Positions 1 to 9,167 of a stretch of DNA of 64,000 bases are shown piece by piece. Made by a program: the position numbers and the translations under genes. The number at the start of each line of letters is the position of its first letter. Within the stretch, counting starts at the first letter, position 1. This stretch comes from Fimbriimonadia bacterium (lineage in GTDB: Bacteria; Armatimonadota; Fimbriimonadia; Fimbriimonadales; JABRVX01): contig JABRVX010000004.1 of the NCBI GenBank assembly GCA_039961735.1, positions 3,220-67,219 on the forward strand, read 5' to 3'. The notes under the pieces are model-generated. The model was not told where the DNA came from. It saw only the letters and a program-made list of their open reading frames with translations, and made no database searches.

Positions 1-1
1 C

Positions 2-1258
2 GCGCTCTTTCCGTCTGCTGCAAGCCAGTCCTCCACACCGAAAGCCGTTGTCAGCAAGCTGCCATCGGGCGTAATGCTCGTCGTGGAGCGCAATGCCTCG
101 ACCCCAACTGTGGCCATCGAAGTCATGGTGCGCGCAGGCTCGGCGCGGGAGACGGCCTCGCAAGCAGGCTGTGCACACCTCCTGGAACACCTGGCCTTTG
201 CCGGAACCCCGAGTCATCCCGGCGATGCGATTGACAAACGCGCGGGGGAACTCGGCTACAGCCTAGAGGCCAACACACAATCGGAGATCGTCCGCTACTT
301 CACTTCCTGCCTCAAGGCGGATTGGCTCGAGGTTTTGGGACTGCTCGCCGACGCTGTGGTGAACTTGGCACCCACGGAAGAAGTGTTTCGCCGGCATCAG
401 CGCGTGGTGTTGCAAGAGCTGATCGGGCGACGCGACAACCCGCTTCTGTTTCTGTCCGAGCACGTGCACGTCCTCGCTTACCCTTCCTCCGGGTACGGAC
501 GTGGAGCGGCGGGTTCGCTGGAGGATGTGCGGCGACGCACCCTGGAAGACGTGCGCGAATTCCACAAGAGATGGTACACGACCGGCAACACGGTGGTCGC
601 TATCGTTGGTGACGTGGATCCGGGCGAGGCGGCCAAGCAGGTGGAGGTGTGGTTCGGCGGGCTGCGAAGAGCAGCGGGAGAGCCGTTCGAAGCCCCTCCC
701 CCCCCAGGAGCCAAGGTGGTGGACGAGGTGGGCCCCTACACCAAGGCCGCGGCGGCTTTCGCGTACCCTGCGATCCCTGCGTCGCGTATCGAAGACTCCG
801 CGGCGCTAGACGTCCTTGTAGCTCTGCTACAGGAGCGCGCCGCTACCGGACCGCTAAAGGATTACGCCCTCGCCTTCCAGGCGCAATACCAGACGTTGTC
901 GCACCCGGGATTGGTCGTAGCTTCGCTGTTTTGTGACGAGGAACGGGCCAAGGACGCAACCGCCAAGCTCGCCGAGGAGATCGGGCGTCTTCGTTCCGGC
1001 TCGTTCACCGAAACCGAGTTCATTGCCGCGCGAAACCGGGTGCGGGCGCAGGAGCTGTACGCCACCGAGACCAATGCTGGACGGGCGCACGCTCTGGGAT
1101 ACTGGCTGATTGTCGGCGGGGAAGGCATCGCCGAGCGCTACCTTGCCGCACTGAACACTCTCTCGGTTGGAGATGCCCGTCGGGTGGGCGCCGAGGTGTT
1201 CGATCCGGCCAAAGAGATCCGTGTCCAGTGGCATCCCCCGAAGGGTGGTGGGCGATGA
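2..1258 (+). CDS. M16 (pitrilysin/insulinase) family zinc peptidase, catalytic-type subunit; 5' end runs off the window
   Basis: The frame is open from nt 2 (ALFPSAASQ...VSKLPSGV precedes the first ATG at 74). The inverted zinc motif HxxEH is present as CAHLLEHLAFAG. The N-terminal 'LPSGVMLVVERN...VAIEVMVRAGS' pattern is typical of M16B. Confidence 0.85.
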   Translation, partial: ALFPSAASQSSTPKAVVSKLPSGVMLVVERNASTPTVAIEVMVRAGSARETASQAGCAHLLEHLAFAGTPSHPGDAIDKRAGELGYSLEANTQSEIVRYFTSCLKADWLEVLGLLADAVVNLAPTEEVFRRHQRVVLQELIGRRDNPLLFLSEHVHVLAYPSSGYGRGAAGSLEDVRRRTLEDVREFHKRWYTTGNTVVAIVGDVDPGEAAKQVEVWFGGLRRAAGEPFEAPPPPGAKVVDEVGPYTKAAAAFAYPAIPASRIEDSAALDVLVALLQERAATGPLKDYALAFQAQYQTLSHPGLVVASLFCDEERAKDATAKLAEEIGRLRSGSFTETEFIAARNRVRAQELYATETNAGRAHALGYWLIVGGEGIAERYLAALNTLSVGDARRVGAEVFDPAKEIRVQWHPPKGGGR

Positions 1259-2598
1259 TGCGGTGGGGGACGCTCGTTGTCTTCGCACTCGCGGTTGCCG
1301 TCGCAGTCGCGCAGCCCGTGCGCACCGTGCTGCCGAACGGGGCCAAGCTTATCACGTCGCCGGAGCCTGGCGCGCCGTGGGTCATCGCGATGGCCTTTCT
1401 GAAGGCTGGCGAGGATACGGACCAGGACAAGCCGGGAACGCGGTGGGTCACCGCGCAGGCGGCCTATCGTCGCCATGCACTGCTCTCTCCCTCCGAGCTG
1501 CAGCACATCTCGGCTGCGGTAGGTGGGGGCGTGAAACTGTTCATAGAGAGGGATCACCTGCGCTACGAGGTGTACACCACCGGGAAGTGGCTGGAAAACG
1601 CTCTATTCCTCCTCGGCGGTGCAGCCAAGCATGGAGAGCTGACCGCGGACGAGGTGGAGGCTGCCAAGAACGAGGTGAAGACCAGCATAACCGCCCCGAT
1701 CGGCCCTGCTGCCGAGGCGGTGAACAAGTTGCTGCTCGAGGCCTTCGGAGGGCACCCTTTCGGCACACGGCCGACGCTGGAGCAGGTAGACGCGGTGACG
1801 ATTCAGGACTGCCGCGACTACTACGCACGGTTCTTTCGGCCCAACCTGCTCACGTTAGTGATTGCCGGGGAAGTTCCAGGAGAAGAGGCTTTGCGTGTTG
1901 CCCGGCAGACGCTCGGCGGCTGGACTGCTTCCGGCCCCGAACCTTCGCCTGCGCCGGATATCCTGCCCCCCGAGGAACCATTCGAGCTAGTGCGGACCGC
2001 GAGCACGACCTCGGCCTACCTGGCTGCCGGCTTCGTGGGACCTCCGCCAGCGTCCAAAGACTTCCCTGCTTTCGCCCTGGTGGCCGCGGCTCTGGGAAAA
2101 GGAGAAACTTCGGTGCTGGCACGGACGATGAGAGGCAGTGGAGCGGCGTATCAAGTTGGAACGGGCCTGGTCCCAACCGTTTCGGGTAGCCTGCTGTTCG
2201 CCACGGTGCAGTTCTCCCCGTTCGAGGTTGACCCGACCACGCACCGTCCCGAAGTGGTTCTCACCAAGACACGCGAGCTTGCGAAAGACGCGCTTACCTC
2301 CTTGGCCAAGGACGGTCTGGGCGCTGCCGAGCTCGCTTCGGTAAAGCGACGACTGCTCGTGGACTACCAGCTCGCCGATCCGCCTAGAGCTATGCCTGCA
2401 CCGTTCGTTCAGGGCCACCAGCGGCTACGCGACCGAGCCTTCTGGCTTGGCTGGTGGGAGATGGTAGGATGCGGATACGAGATGGATGTCGGGTTCCCTA
2501 AGGCCGTCGAGCAGGTCACCGCAGAGGAGCTGTTGTCCGTGGCGCGTAAGTACTGCTCGAGACCCAGCTCGGTGCTGGTTGTGCCGTTGGAGCCGTAG
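1255..2598 (+). CDS. M16 family peptidase-like partner subunit (no HxxEH; probably non-catalytic), secreted
   Basis: The ATGATG start overlaps the upstream TGA (1256-1258), suggesting translational coupling. Signal peptide MMRWGTLVVFALAVAVAVAQP. M16-like length and layout, but the zinc motif is absent. Confidence 0.7.
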   Translation: MMRWGTLVVFALAVAVAVAQPVRTVLPNGAKLITSPEPGAPWVIAMAFLKAGEDTDQDKPGTRWVTAQAAYRRHALLSPSELQHISAAVGGGVKLFIERDHLRYEVYTTGKWLENALFLLGGAAKHGELTADEVEAAKNEVKTSITAPIGPAAEAVNKLLLEAFGGHPFGTRPTLEQVDAVTIQDCRDYYARFFRPNLLTLVIAGEVPGEEALRVARQTLGGWTASGPEPSPAPDILPPEEPFELVRTASTTSAYLAAGFVGPPPASKDFPAFALVAAALGKGETSVLARTMRGSGAAYQVGTGLVPTVSGSLLFATVQFSPFEVDPTTHRPEVVLTKTRELAKDALTSLAKDGLGAAELASVKRRLLVDYQLADPPRAMPAPFVQGHQRLRDRAFWLGWWEMVGCGYEMDVGFPKAVEQVTAEELLSVARKYCSRPSSVLVVPLEP

Positions 2599-2645
2599 CG
2601 GAAGCGCCTGCGAAACGTCCGACGTGTAGACACAGGGAAGGAAGG

Positions 2646-3626
2646 ATGCTGGTGAAGATCATTCGATGGATGGCACTGACCATCGGCCTGCTGGCCGTCC
2701 TCTTCGCTACGGGATGCGGAGGTGGCAGCGGCGGTGGTACCGGCCCGACACTAACGGGCCTCGTATTGAGCCTTCAGAGTCCGATCAGCGTGGCCACGGG
2801 TTCACGCCTCGCCATCGTGGCCGATGCTGTGTACAGCAACGGAGCCGTAGTGCGGGTGACTCCGAGTTGGGTGAGTGCCGGGGGCGTCGGAGACGTGGAC
2901 TCGCAGGGAGTCTTCATCGCAGCAGGTCAGGCTGCGTTCGGTACCATCCACGCTACCTTCCAGACCGCGACCGCTAGTATAGCCGTGAACGTGGTAGCCC
3001 CGGGAACGTTGTCGGATGCCAGGGTGGAGGCGCCAGACGGAGTGGTGGCCGGCGCGATCGCACTCGGCGCTGAGGTACCGTTCTATCTCACCGCAGTGAG
3101 TGGTGGCGGCGAACGCATCTACGTGGGAGCTGATGCCGGAACGTGGTCGGTGAGCGGAGGCGTAGGCACCATCAACGCCAACACGGGGCTGTTCGCTGCG
3201 GGGTCGTTGGGTGTTGGTAGTGTTAGTGCATCGGTGGGTGGTACCGCTGCGACGCCGCTGGCGATTCGCGTGGTGCAGACCGTGCGAGTCACCGGCAGCG
3301 TCCGCAATGCCAGGACGCTGGCAGGGATACCGAATGTGACGATTGCTTTCTTGTATGCTGACCGCACCGAGTCGGCTCGCTTGACCACAGGCACCGATGG
3401 TACGTTCCAGGGCAAGATCCCGACCAGCTCGACGATGCTGTACGTGCCGACGGTATCGTTCGCCTACTTCGACATCTTCCGATATCAGGGAGTAAACTAC
3501 TGGGTGGGGAAGCCTGCCACTTGCGGGGCGCCGATCGCGACACCCACCGAGGGTCGCAACTACGGTTTTGTTTATCTGTTCTCGACGAACGACCCGCCAC
3601 CGCCACCCCCCGGCTGTGAGTACTAA
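2646..3626 (+). CDS. Lipoprotein with two Big_2-like Ig repeats, a CarboxypepD_reg-like domain and a polyPro-Cys C-terminus
   Basis: SD GGAAGGAAGG lies just upstream. Lipobox LFATGC is followed by GGGSGGGTG. The segment 'VATGSRLAIVADAVYSNGAVVRVTPSWVSAGGVGDVDSQGVF' resembles bacterial Ig-like group 2. The protein ends NDPPPPPPGCEY. Confidence 0.7.
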   Translation: MLVKIIRWMALTIGLLAVLFATGCGGGSGGGTGPTLTGLVLSLQSPISVATGSRLAIVADAVYSNGAVVRVTPSWVSAGGVGDVDSQGVFIAAGQAAFGTIHATFQTATASIAVNVVAPGTLSDARVEAPDGVVAGAIALGAEVPFYLTAVSGGGERIYVGADAGTWSVSGGVGTINANTGLFAAGSLGVGSVSASVGGTAATPLAIRVVQTVRVTGSVRNARTLAGIPNVTIAFLYADRTESARLTTGTDGTFQGKIPTSSTMLYVPTVSFAYFDIFRYQGVNYWVGKPATCGAPIATPTEGRNYGFVYLFSTNDPPPPPPGCEY

Positions 3627-3635
3627 GGAGAGACG

Positions 3636-4622
3636 ATGTTCCGACACCTATCGCTGTCACGGATGCGAAGTGTGACTCTTGGTGGCGTATGCGCCGCGAT
3701 GGCCCTTTCCGCCGGTTGCGGAGGAGGTGGTGGGGGTGGCGGAACTTCCATCCGAGAGATCCTGGTCAGCATCCCTTCCGGCTCCCGGTTGCAAGCTGGT
3801 ACGCGGTTCGTGCTCGGCGCTACGGCCGTATACACCAATGGGGCTCGAGTGGAGATCTCTCCGACGTGGGAGGCTTCGGGGGGAATTGGCACGATCGGGG
3901 CCGATGGTGCGCTGCAAACGTCGGACATGGCTGCTAGTGGAACGGTAGTTGCTACCTACGCCACTCAGACAGCGAGCGTAGATGTGTCGGTCGTGACGCC
4001 AGGCGCTCTCTCGGACTTGCGAGTGCAACCTGCCGAGGGAATCGAGACTTCCGCAATCTCGGTTAGCGCTAGGCCACGGTTCTATCTGACAGCCGACGAT
4101 GGCTCGGGCAGGGTGTACGTCGCACCGGACCCTGGAAGCTGGACTTGCAGCCCGCCCCAGATGGGCTCGTTGGACGGTGACGGTGTACTAACTCCGTCCA
4201 GCGACGGACAAGCATCCATCGCTGCTAAGTATGCTGGAATGGATGCCACGCCCGCGTTGATTACCATCGTGGCACCCAAGGTGAATGTCAGGGGAGTAGT
4301 CCGTGAGGAGGGTGCGGGCACCGCAGTGCGGGGCGTCGTCGTGGTTTTCTGGAACGCTGCTGAGCTCGAGGTCGGGCGAGCCACGAGCGGGCAGGACGGC
4401 AAGTGGAGCGCGGTCATCCCCACTACTGCCACGCACATGTTTCTCGAGTCGGTCCCAAGCGGTTACTACCTCAACTGGAGGTACGGTACGGGCGTGTACG
4501 ACATCAATTTCGGGCCAGGAACCTGTAAGGCGCCTATTGCGGTGCCGACGCAAGGAAAGGACTACGGCACGATCTACGTTTACCCGACATCCGGCGGTCC
4601 GCCACCGCCCCCGACGTGTTAG
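3636..4622 (+). CDS. Paralogous lipoprotein with the same architecture as 2646-3626
   Basis: SD GGAGAG. Lipobox LSAGC followed by G8. Collinear similarity to the upstream ORF along its whole length. Ends SGGPPPPPTC. Confidence 0.7.
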   Translation: MFRHLSLSRMRSVTLGGVCAAMALSAGCGGGGGGGGTSIREILVSIPSGSRLQAGTRFVLGATAVYTNGARVEISPTWEASGGIGTIGADGALQTSDMAASGTVVATYATQTASVDVSVVTPGALSDLRVQPAEGIETSAISVSARPRFYLTADDGSGRVYVAPDPGSWTCSPPQMGSLDGDGVLTPSSDGQASIAAKYAGMDATPALITIVAPKVNVRGVVREEGAGTAVRGVVVVFWNAAELEVGRATSGQDGKWSAVIPTTATHMFLESVPSGYYLNWRYGTGVYDINFGPGTCKAPIAVPTQGKDYGTIYVYPTSGGPPPPPTC

Positions 4623-4626
4623 CACA

Positions 4627-7233
4627 TTAGCTTCTTGCGTGTAGTAGGCGAACGGGGCCCAACAGGCCCGACGGCAAACGCTCATTCGGCTCGTCCAACA
4701 TACCGGCACGGAGCAATTCATCCCATTCTTCTGCTGTTAGGCCGGGTAGCGGAATCGGGGCCCCGAGCGAGTTTCGCCGTGCTTGCACAGAGTTGAACGC
4801 GAGGTTGGTGACTTTCACGGTGACACGATTGCTGCCGATGCGCAGATGCGGGTCGAGACGGAAGCGATGTGGTCGGCACAGAGTGAGACCTTGCGGCACG
4901 TCGTTCAGTGTGAGTTCTGCCATGATCTCCACTTCGCCCAAGTCGAGGAAAATAGGTGATGGCGGAAGCACGTCGAAGTGGAGATCGAGCCGATACTCGA
5001 GGGTGCCAGAGAAGTCCCTCAGGCCGGCGATCGCTCTCCAATCCTCGAGGTGGTCCATCCGGCGACAAGTGCCATCGGGAAGTGTGAGGACGAACGAGCC
5101 AGGCACGCGACACTCCACCAGTGGTGGGTAGGGGTCATCAGCCTCGACTGAGTAGTCGGATAGCAACAGGATGATAGGTTCCGCGGCCGGCAAGCCGAGA
5201 TGTACTACTAGGTTTCCGTTGTCCACCTGGGGAGCCACTCGCTCGAATCTGCCGGTCCATGCATCAATGCGTGTTAGATGAGGAGGAACGGAGTCTGACA
5301 CCCTTCCCAAGCCTCCTCTTCCGCTTCGCAAGGACTGGCTTTCCGCTTCGCTCCAAAGGGAGGCGGTTTGCATGGCTGTGTGACGCGGGAAGGTCAGCAC
5401 GACCTCTTGCTTATCGGAGAGAGAGCGGGCGAAGCGATAGGGCATGGGATAGGTGGGACCACTTACGCGTGGGCCGATGAAAAAGATGTCTCCGCCTGCG
5501 AGCCGCCTGTGCTGGTACGCGGCGGGTCCGGGAGAGACCTGGACGGCTGGTGGTAAGTTCAGCCGATCGATGGGTAGCACCAGGGTGCTAAGCGACTCGG
5601 GAACAGGTTTATCCGCGTAGGCCGGCACACCGGCAGCGGCGAATCGGTGGATAGCATCAGCCGTCGCGGATGGTAGGTACTCGAGTGTGGGTAGTACGAG
5701 GGCCGGATACTCGATCTCCCGCAAGCGTACCCTGCCCTCGTGTGCGACCATGGCACGTACCGCAGCATCGTTCACCCAGTCATAGCAGTAACCTGCAAGG
5801 GCCTGTGGCATGTGCAGTGCACTTCGCCTGTCATCCCAAGAGAACATCTCTTCCACCGAGCTCTGGGACGCTCGTCGCCACACATCGTGAATAGGCAGGT
5901 ACACGGCCACATCCGGCACCGGGACCCCACAACCCATCAGGCAGGATATTCGTGCTAGGTAACGGTTGAACTCGCGCAGTCCGCGTGCCCATGGTAGTGT
6001 ATGATTCAGGTGGGTAGTGGCGTAGAAGTGCCTGCCGGGCCCGGCGTCTGAGTGCGGCGACGATGCGAATCCGTGGTGGACGACCTGTTGCACGCCATGC
6101 GCGAACTGCTGGTCGGCTGTTAGCTTCAGGTCGTCTGGCCGCTCGGCGAACATGCGACGATCCGGCCATCCGTAGGGGCAGGTGAAGGTCTCGCTGGTAA
6201 CTACCTTACGATCCCACAGGCGTGCGGCGGATGCAGCGAGCCGAGCGTTTGCAAAGGGCAGCAGCATGGTCTCGGTTTCTGGGATGTCCACCGTTCCGTA
6301 GGACTCCAGCGGCTCGGTAGGAGAGCCGTGGGTCTGCACGCGAGCGAGAAAGCCATGTGCTCGGCACCACTCCGCGAAGGGCAGATAGAAGTTTTCCATC
6401 GCCATCTCGTGCAGCGTCTGCCCGTAGTCGTGGAGGACTTGAGAGATGGCGCCCGGGAATGGCGCCTGCCAGAAGCCGAGAATGAAGGGCATGAGAGGGA
6501 CGATGTCATACCCCCTCCGCTTCTGGAACTGCTGTGGCAAGGCAGGCGTCCAGTACGGACCTTCCACCTCCCAACTGTCGCAGAACAGCGCACGCACGGG
6601 GGCTGCGCCAGCGACCTCCAGCAGCGGCGGGCCCCACGCTGCCAAATGTGCCTCCAGAGCGGCCTTGCAGAAGTGGTCCAGCACCGGCCCCTCCTGTCCT
6701 GGTGCAGCCCGTTTCACTTGCTGCCCGGAGTGGCGTGCGAACACTCGCGCGATGACCCAGCCGGCCGGGGCATCACCATCCACCCGCATGACCATTCCCG
6801 CGTCTGCAATCGGAGGCGAACCCTGCTTCAGAATGGGTGCCGCAACTGTCGCTACCAAGCGCTGGTCCAACCCGATTGTCTCTTCGCAATCGGCCACATG
6901 CACTGTCCATGCGGTCAGATGTTCCGAGATGTGCGGTCCACCGAACGGCCAGCCGCTGCCGCAGGTGATGTCCAATCCGAGGCCCAGCCGTTGGGCCGTC
7001 CGCGCGGCGTGCTTCAGCAGTTCCGTCCACTCGGGAGACAGCGGCTTGGGCCCGGGGTCGGCGCCAGGCCAAGCGTATACGAATGCAATCTCGGCGCCTC
7101 CATACCCGTGCTCTGCCATGAACGACAACTCTCGCTCGATTTGCTCTGGCGTGATGTCCGCGCCGAACCACCACCAGCGCGTCCACGGCCGGCAGTCGGG
7201 CGGCGGGTCGGTTAGAAGATGCGGGAGGTCCAC
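4627..7233 (-). CDS. Putative cytoplasmic glycoside hydrolase (GH106-like / 'glycosyl hydrolase' family with a C-terminal sugar-binding beta-sandwich)
   Basis: 868-aa ORF. The N-terminal 'RPWTRWWWFGADITPEQIERELSFMAEHGYGGAEI' and the C-terminal 'FSGTLEYRLDL...LDLGEVEIMAELTLNDV...GSNRVTVKVTNLAFN' match my recollection of this family. No signal peptide. Confidence 0.5.
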   Translation of the reverse strand: MDLPHLLTDPPPDCRPWTRWWWFGADITPEQIERELSFMAEHGYGGAEIAFVYAWPGADPGPKPLSPEWTELLKHAARTAQRLGLGLDITCGSGWPFGGPHISEHLTAWTVHVADCEETIGLDQRLVATVAAPILKQGSPPIADAGMVMRVDGDAPAGWVIARVFARHSGQQVKRAAPGQEGPVLDHFCKAALEAHLAAWGPPLLEVAGAAPVRALFCDSWEVEGPYWTPALPQQFQKRRGYDIVPLMPFILGFWQAPFPGAISQVLHDYGQTLHEMAMENFYLPFAEWCRAHGFLARVQTHGSPTEPLESYGTVDIPETETMLLPFANARLAASAARLWDRKVVTSETFTCPYGWPDRRMFAERPDDLKLTADQQFAHGVQQVVHHGFASSPHSDAGPGRHFYATTHLNHTLPWARGLREFNRYLARISCLMGCGVPVPDVAVYLPIHDVWRRASQSSVEEMFSWDDRRSALHMPQALAGYCYDWVNDAAVRAMVAHEGRVRLREIEYPALVLPTLEYLPSATADAIHRFAAAGVPAYADKPVPESLSTLVLPIDRLNLPPAVQVSPGPAAYQHRRLAGGDIFFIGPRVSGPTYPMPYRFARSLSDKQEVVLTFPRHTAMQTASLWSEAESQSLRSGRGGLGRVSDSVPPHLTRIDAWTGRFERVAPQVDNGNLVVHLGLPAAEPIILLLSDYSVEADDPYPPLVECRVPGSFVLTLPDGTCRRMDHLEDWRAIAGLRDFSGTLEYRLDLHFDVLPPSPIFLDLGEVEIMAELTLNDVPQGLTLCRPHRFRLDPHLRIGSNRVTVKVTNLAFNSVQARRNSLGAPIPLPGLTAEEWDELLRAGMLDEPNERLPSGLLGPVRLLHARS

Positions 7234-7236
7234 CGC

Positions 7237-8265
7237 CTAGCGGCTCGCGAGCAGCTCGTTCAGCTTGCGCATCACCTCGAAGGCGTCGGCGACGTACAGC
7301 ACGTCCGCCTTGCCCTGAGCCCATCCGCAGTTCGGGTCGAGATTGACGGCTCGCCGTTCGGTGATGAAGCGCCAGCCCACCACGTGCGGCTCTTCTCCGT
7401 GGCAGCAGGTCGCGAGCCCCTTCGGGTGCCTCGGGGACGAGCCAGTCTGGCCGACTTGGTTGAGGTGCGTGAGCAGAGACAGCACCTGGCCGCCCTCGCC
7501 GGTCTGGTCCACCAGAGATTTGCTGCTTCCGAGCGATGCCCCACTCCTCTGCAAGAAGATCCTGATTAGTTCCTCGGCCTCCGTCGCATGCACCTGCCCG
7601 TCGGCTTGCTTCTTCGTCCAGCCTGCGCCCGCGACGAAGAGCAGATCGGCGTCTGGGCGAATAGTCTGCTCGCCGAGACTCGCTGCTTCGGTGCCCTGCA
7701 CCTGGGTGCGGTCCCATGCAGGGTCGGTGGGCACCTCCACGCGCTCCATCTGAACCGTGGCGGGGGGGCCTTGCCATGCGGGGGCGATGCCGGCTTCGAG
7801 CAGCATAATCCACGGCCGCTCGCTTCGTGTGAACTCGGCGACGATGCGTTGACGGTAGAACCAGCGCTGCGCCATCGGCTTGCTATCAGCCACCGTAAGA
7901 GCGCTGATGCGGGTGTCCATGCGTCCACCGACACGGACGGTGGCTCCGGGGAGTGCCCTAGCCCATCGCGAGGAGGCATGGGCGAGTACGATGTGAGCAC
8001 CCGCGGCTCGTATCAGGGCTTCGGCGGCGGCTGCATCCGAGGCGTAACGCGGCTGTGTGAATGCGGGGGCCTCGACCGCTAGAAAGCGGATGGCGCCGCA
8101 ACCACCTATCTGCTGAGCAGCCGACTCCGTACGCCCTCCGAGCAGACCGACGTTAAGAGGCGAGCCGACCTCGGTAGACAGCGAAAGCGCAGCGCTCAGC
8201 CCTTCGAGGGCGCTTCTCGTCAGCAGTCCGCTGTTTTCGACCAGAGCGAGGTACAGAATGGACAT
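7237..8265 (-). CDS. etfA: Electron transfer flavoprotein alpha subunit (divergent FAD-domain signature)
   Basis: The C-terminal domain aligns to canonical EtfA: 'QVGQTG...AVNLDPNCGWAQ.KADVLYVADAFEVMRKL' against 'QVGQTGK...VAINKDPEAPIFQ.ADYGIVADLFKVVP'. The GISGAIQH signature is replaced by CCHGEEPH. Confidence 0.75.
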   Translation of the reverse strand: MSILYLALVENSGLLTRSALEGLSAALSLSTEVGSPLNVGLLGGRTESAAQQIGGCGAIRFLAVEAPAFTQPRYASDAAAAEALIRAAGAHIVLAHASSRWARALPGATVRVGGRMDTRISALTVADSKPMAQRWFYRQRIVAEFTRSERPWIMLLEAGIAPAWQGPPATVQMERVEVPTDPAWDRTQVQGTEAASLGEQTIRPDADLLFVAGAGWTKKQADGQVHATEAEELIRIFLQRSGASLGSSKSLVDQTGEGGQVLSLLTHLNQVGQTGSSPRHPKGLATCCHGEEPHVVGWRFITERRAVNLDPNCGWAQGKADVLYVADAFEVMRKLNELLASR

Positions 8266-8318
8266 TTCAGTACATCTCCAAGTGACTCAGTGACATAACG
8301 CCAACAGACGTGGGGAGG

Positions 8319-9128
8319 CTACCCACGCACCCACTCTGCCAGTTCCCGTGCGATGTCTTCTGGTGGGACGTCCTTCACCACCCGCGTATCCCTTCGCTGC
8401 TTTGGGGACTCAACCTTGCCGAACGCAACGTCGCCGACGGTGATGGCAACTGGCTTTGAACGCTGCAGCGCGGGCATGACGCCGCGCATGTTCGCCATGC
8501 CCACCTGTGGGTTGTTAGGTGGTTCCGGTAGGTTGCCGGTGGCCCAAGCGAGCAGTGCGGGCGGCCCCGCGCAGCGCGAGACTTGGTACTGCCCGCCTTC
8601 AATGCGCTCTTTCACCGTGAATGAGCCGTCCGGCAGCGGGTTCAGCTGGTCCACTCCCGCGAACTGGTCATGAATACCGAGGCGCTCGCCCACCATGTGC
8701 AACGTCACCCCCGCATCGCGAGAGGCCGAGGCCCACCCGCCGAAGAGCAGTAGTCGGGTGTGGTCCAGTCCCTCTATCTGCTGGATGGCATCCGCGAGTG
8801 CGTTGGCCGTTTCGTGTGCGTCGGTGAAGCCGCCCGCCGACCCGTCAAGCGCCACAAGATCGAACGGCGCCTTCTGCGCAACCGACATCATGAGTTGCTG
8901 CAGCTTGGCCTTCGGCCCCAGGCTCACCAACCAAACCCGGCTGTCGGGGGTGTCTTTAGCCAGATTCGCAGCTTCGTAGAGGGCGTGCGCCGCCCACGGG
9001 TCGAGCACAGCGGGAAGCATGGCCTCGTTCCTTAGTCCCGGGCCGCTAGGGGTTTCGACGGGTTCTAGGGTCTGCAGTGGATCGGGAACCAAGCTGCCGC
9101 AAACGACGATGTGATAGCCTACGCTCAT
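8319..9128 (-). CDS. etfB: Electron transfer flavoprotein beta subunit
   Basis: 269 aa. N-terminal 'YHIVVCGSLVPDP', 'VSLGPKAKLQQLM' and an EtfB-like layout. Located immediately upstream of etfA. Confidence 0.75.
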   Translation of the reverse strand: MSVGYHIVVCGSLVPDPLQTLEPVETPSGPGLRNEAMLPAVLDPWAAHALYEAANLAKDTPDSRVWLVSLGPKAKLQQLMMSVAQKAPFDLVALDGSAGGFTDAHETANALADAIQQIEGLDHTRLLLFGGWASASRDAGVTLHMVGERLGIHDQFAGVDQLNPLPDGSFTVKERIEGGQYQVSRCAGPPALLAWATGNLPEPPNNPQVGMANMRGVMPALQRSKPVAITVGDVAFGKVESPKQRRDTRVVKDVPPEDIARELAEWVRG

Positions 9129-9167
9129 CGGGCCAAACTCCTAGGCGCACTGCCAGCCTGCTCTCGG

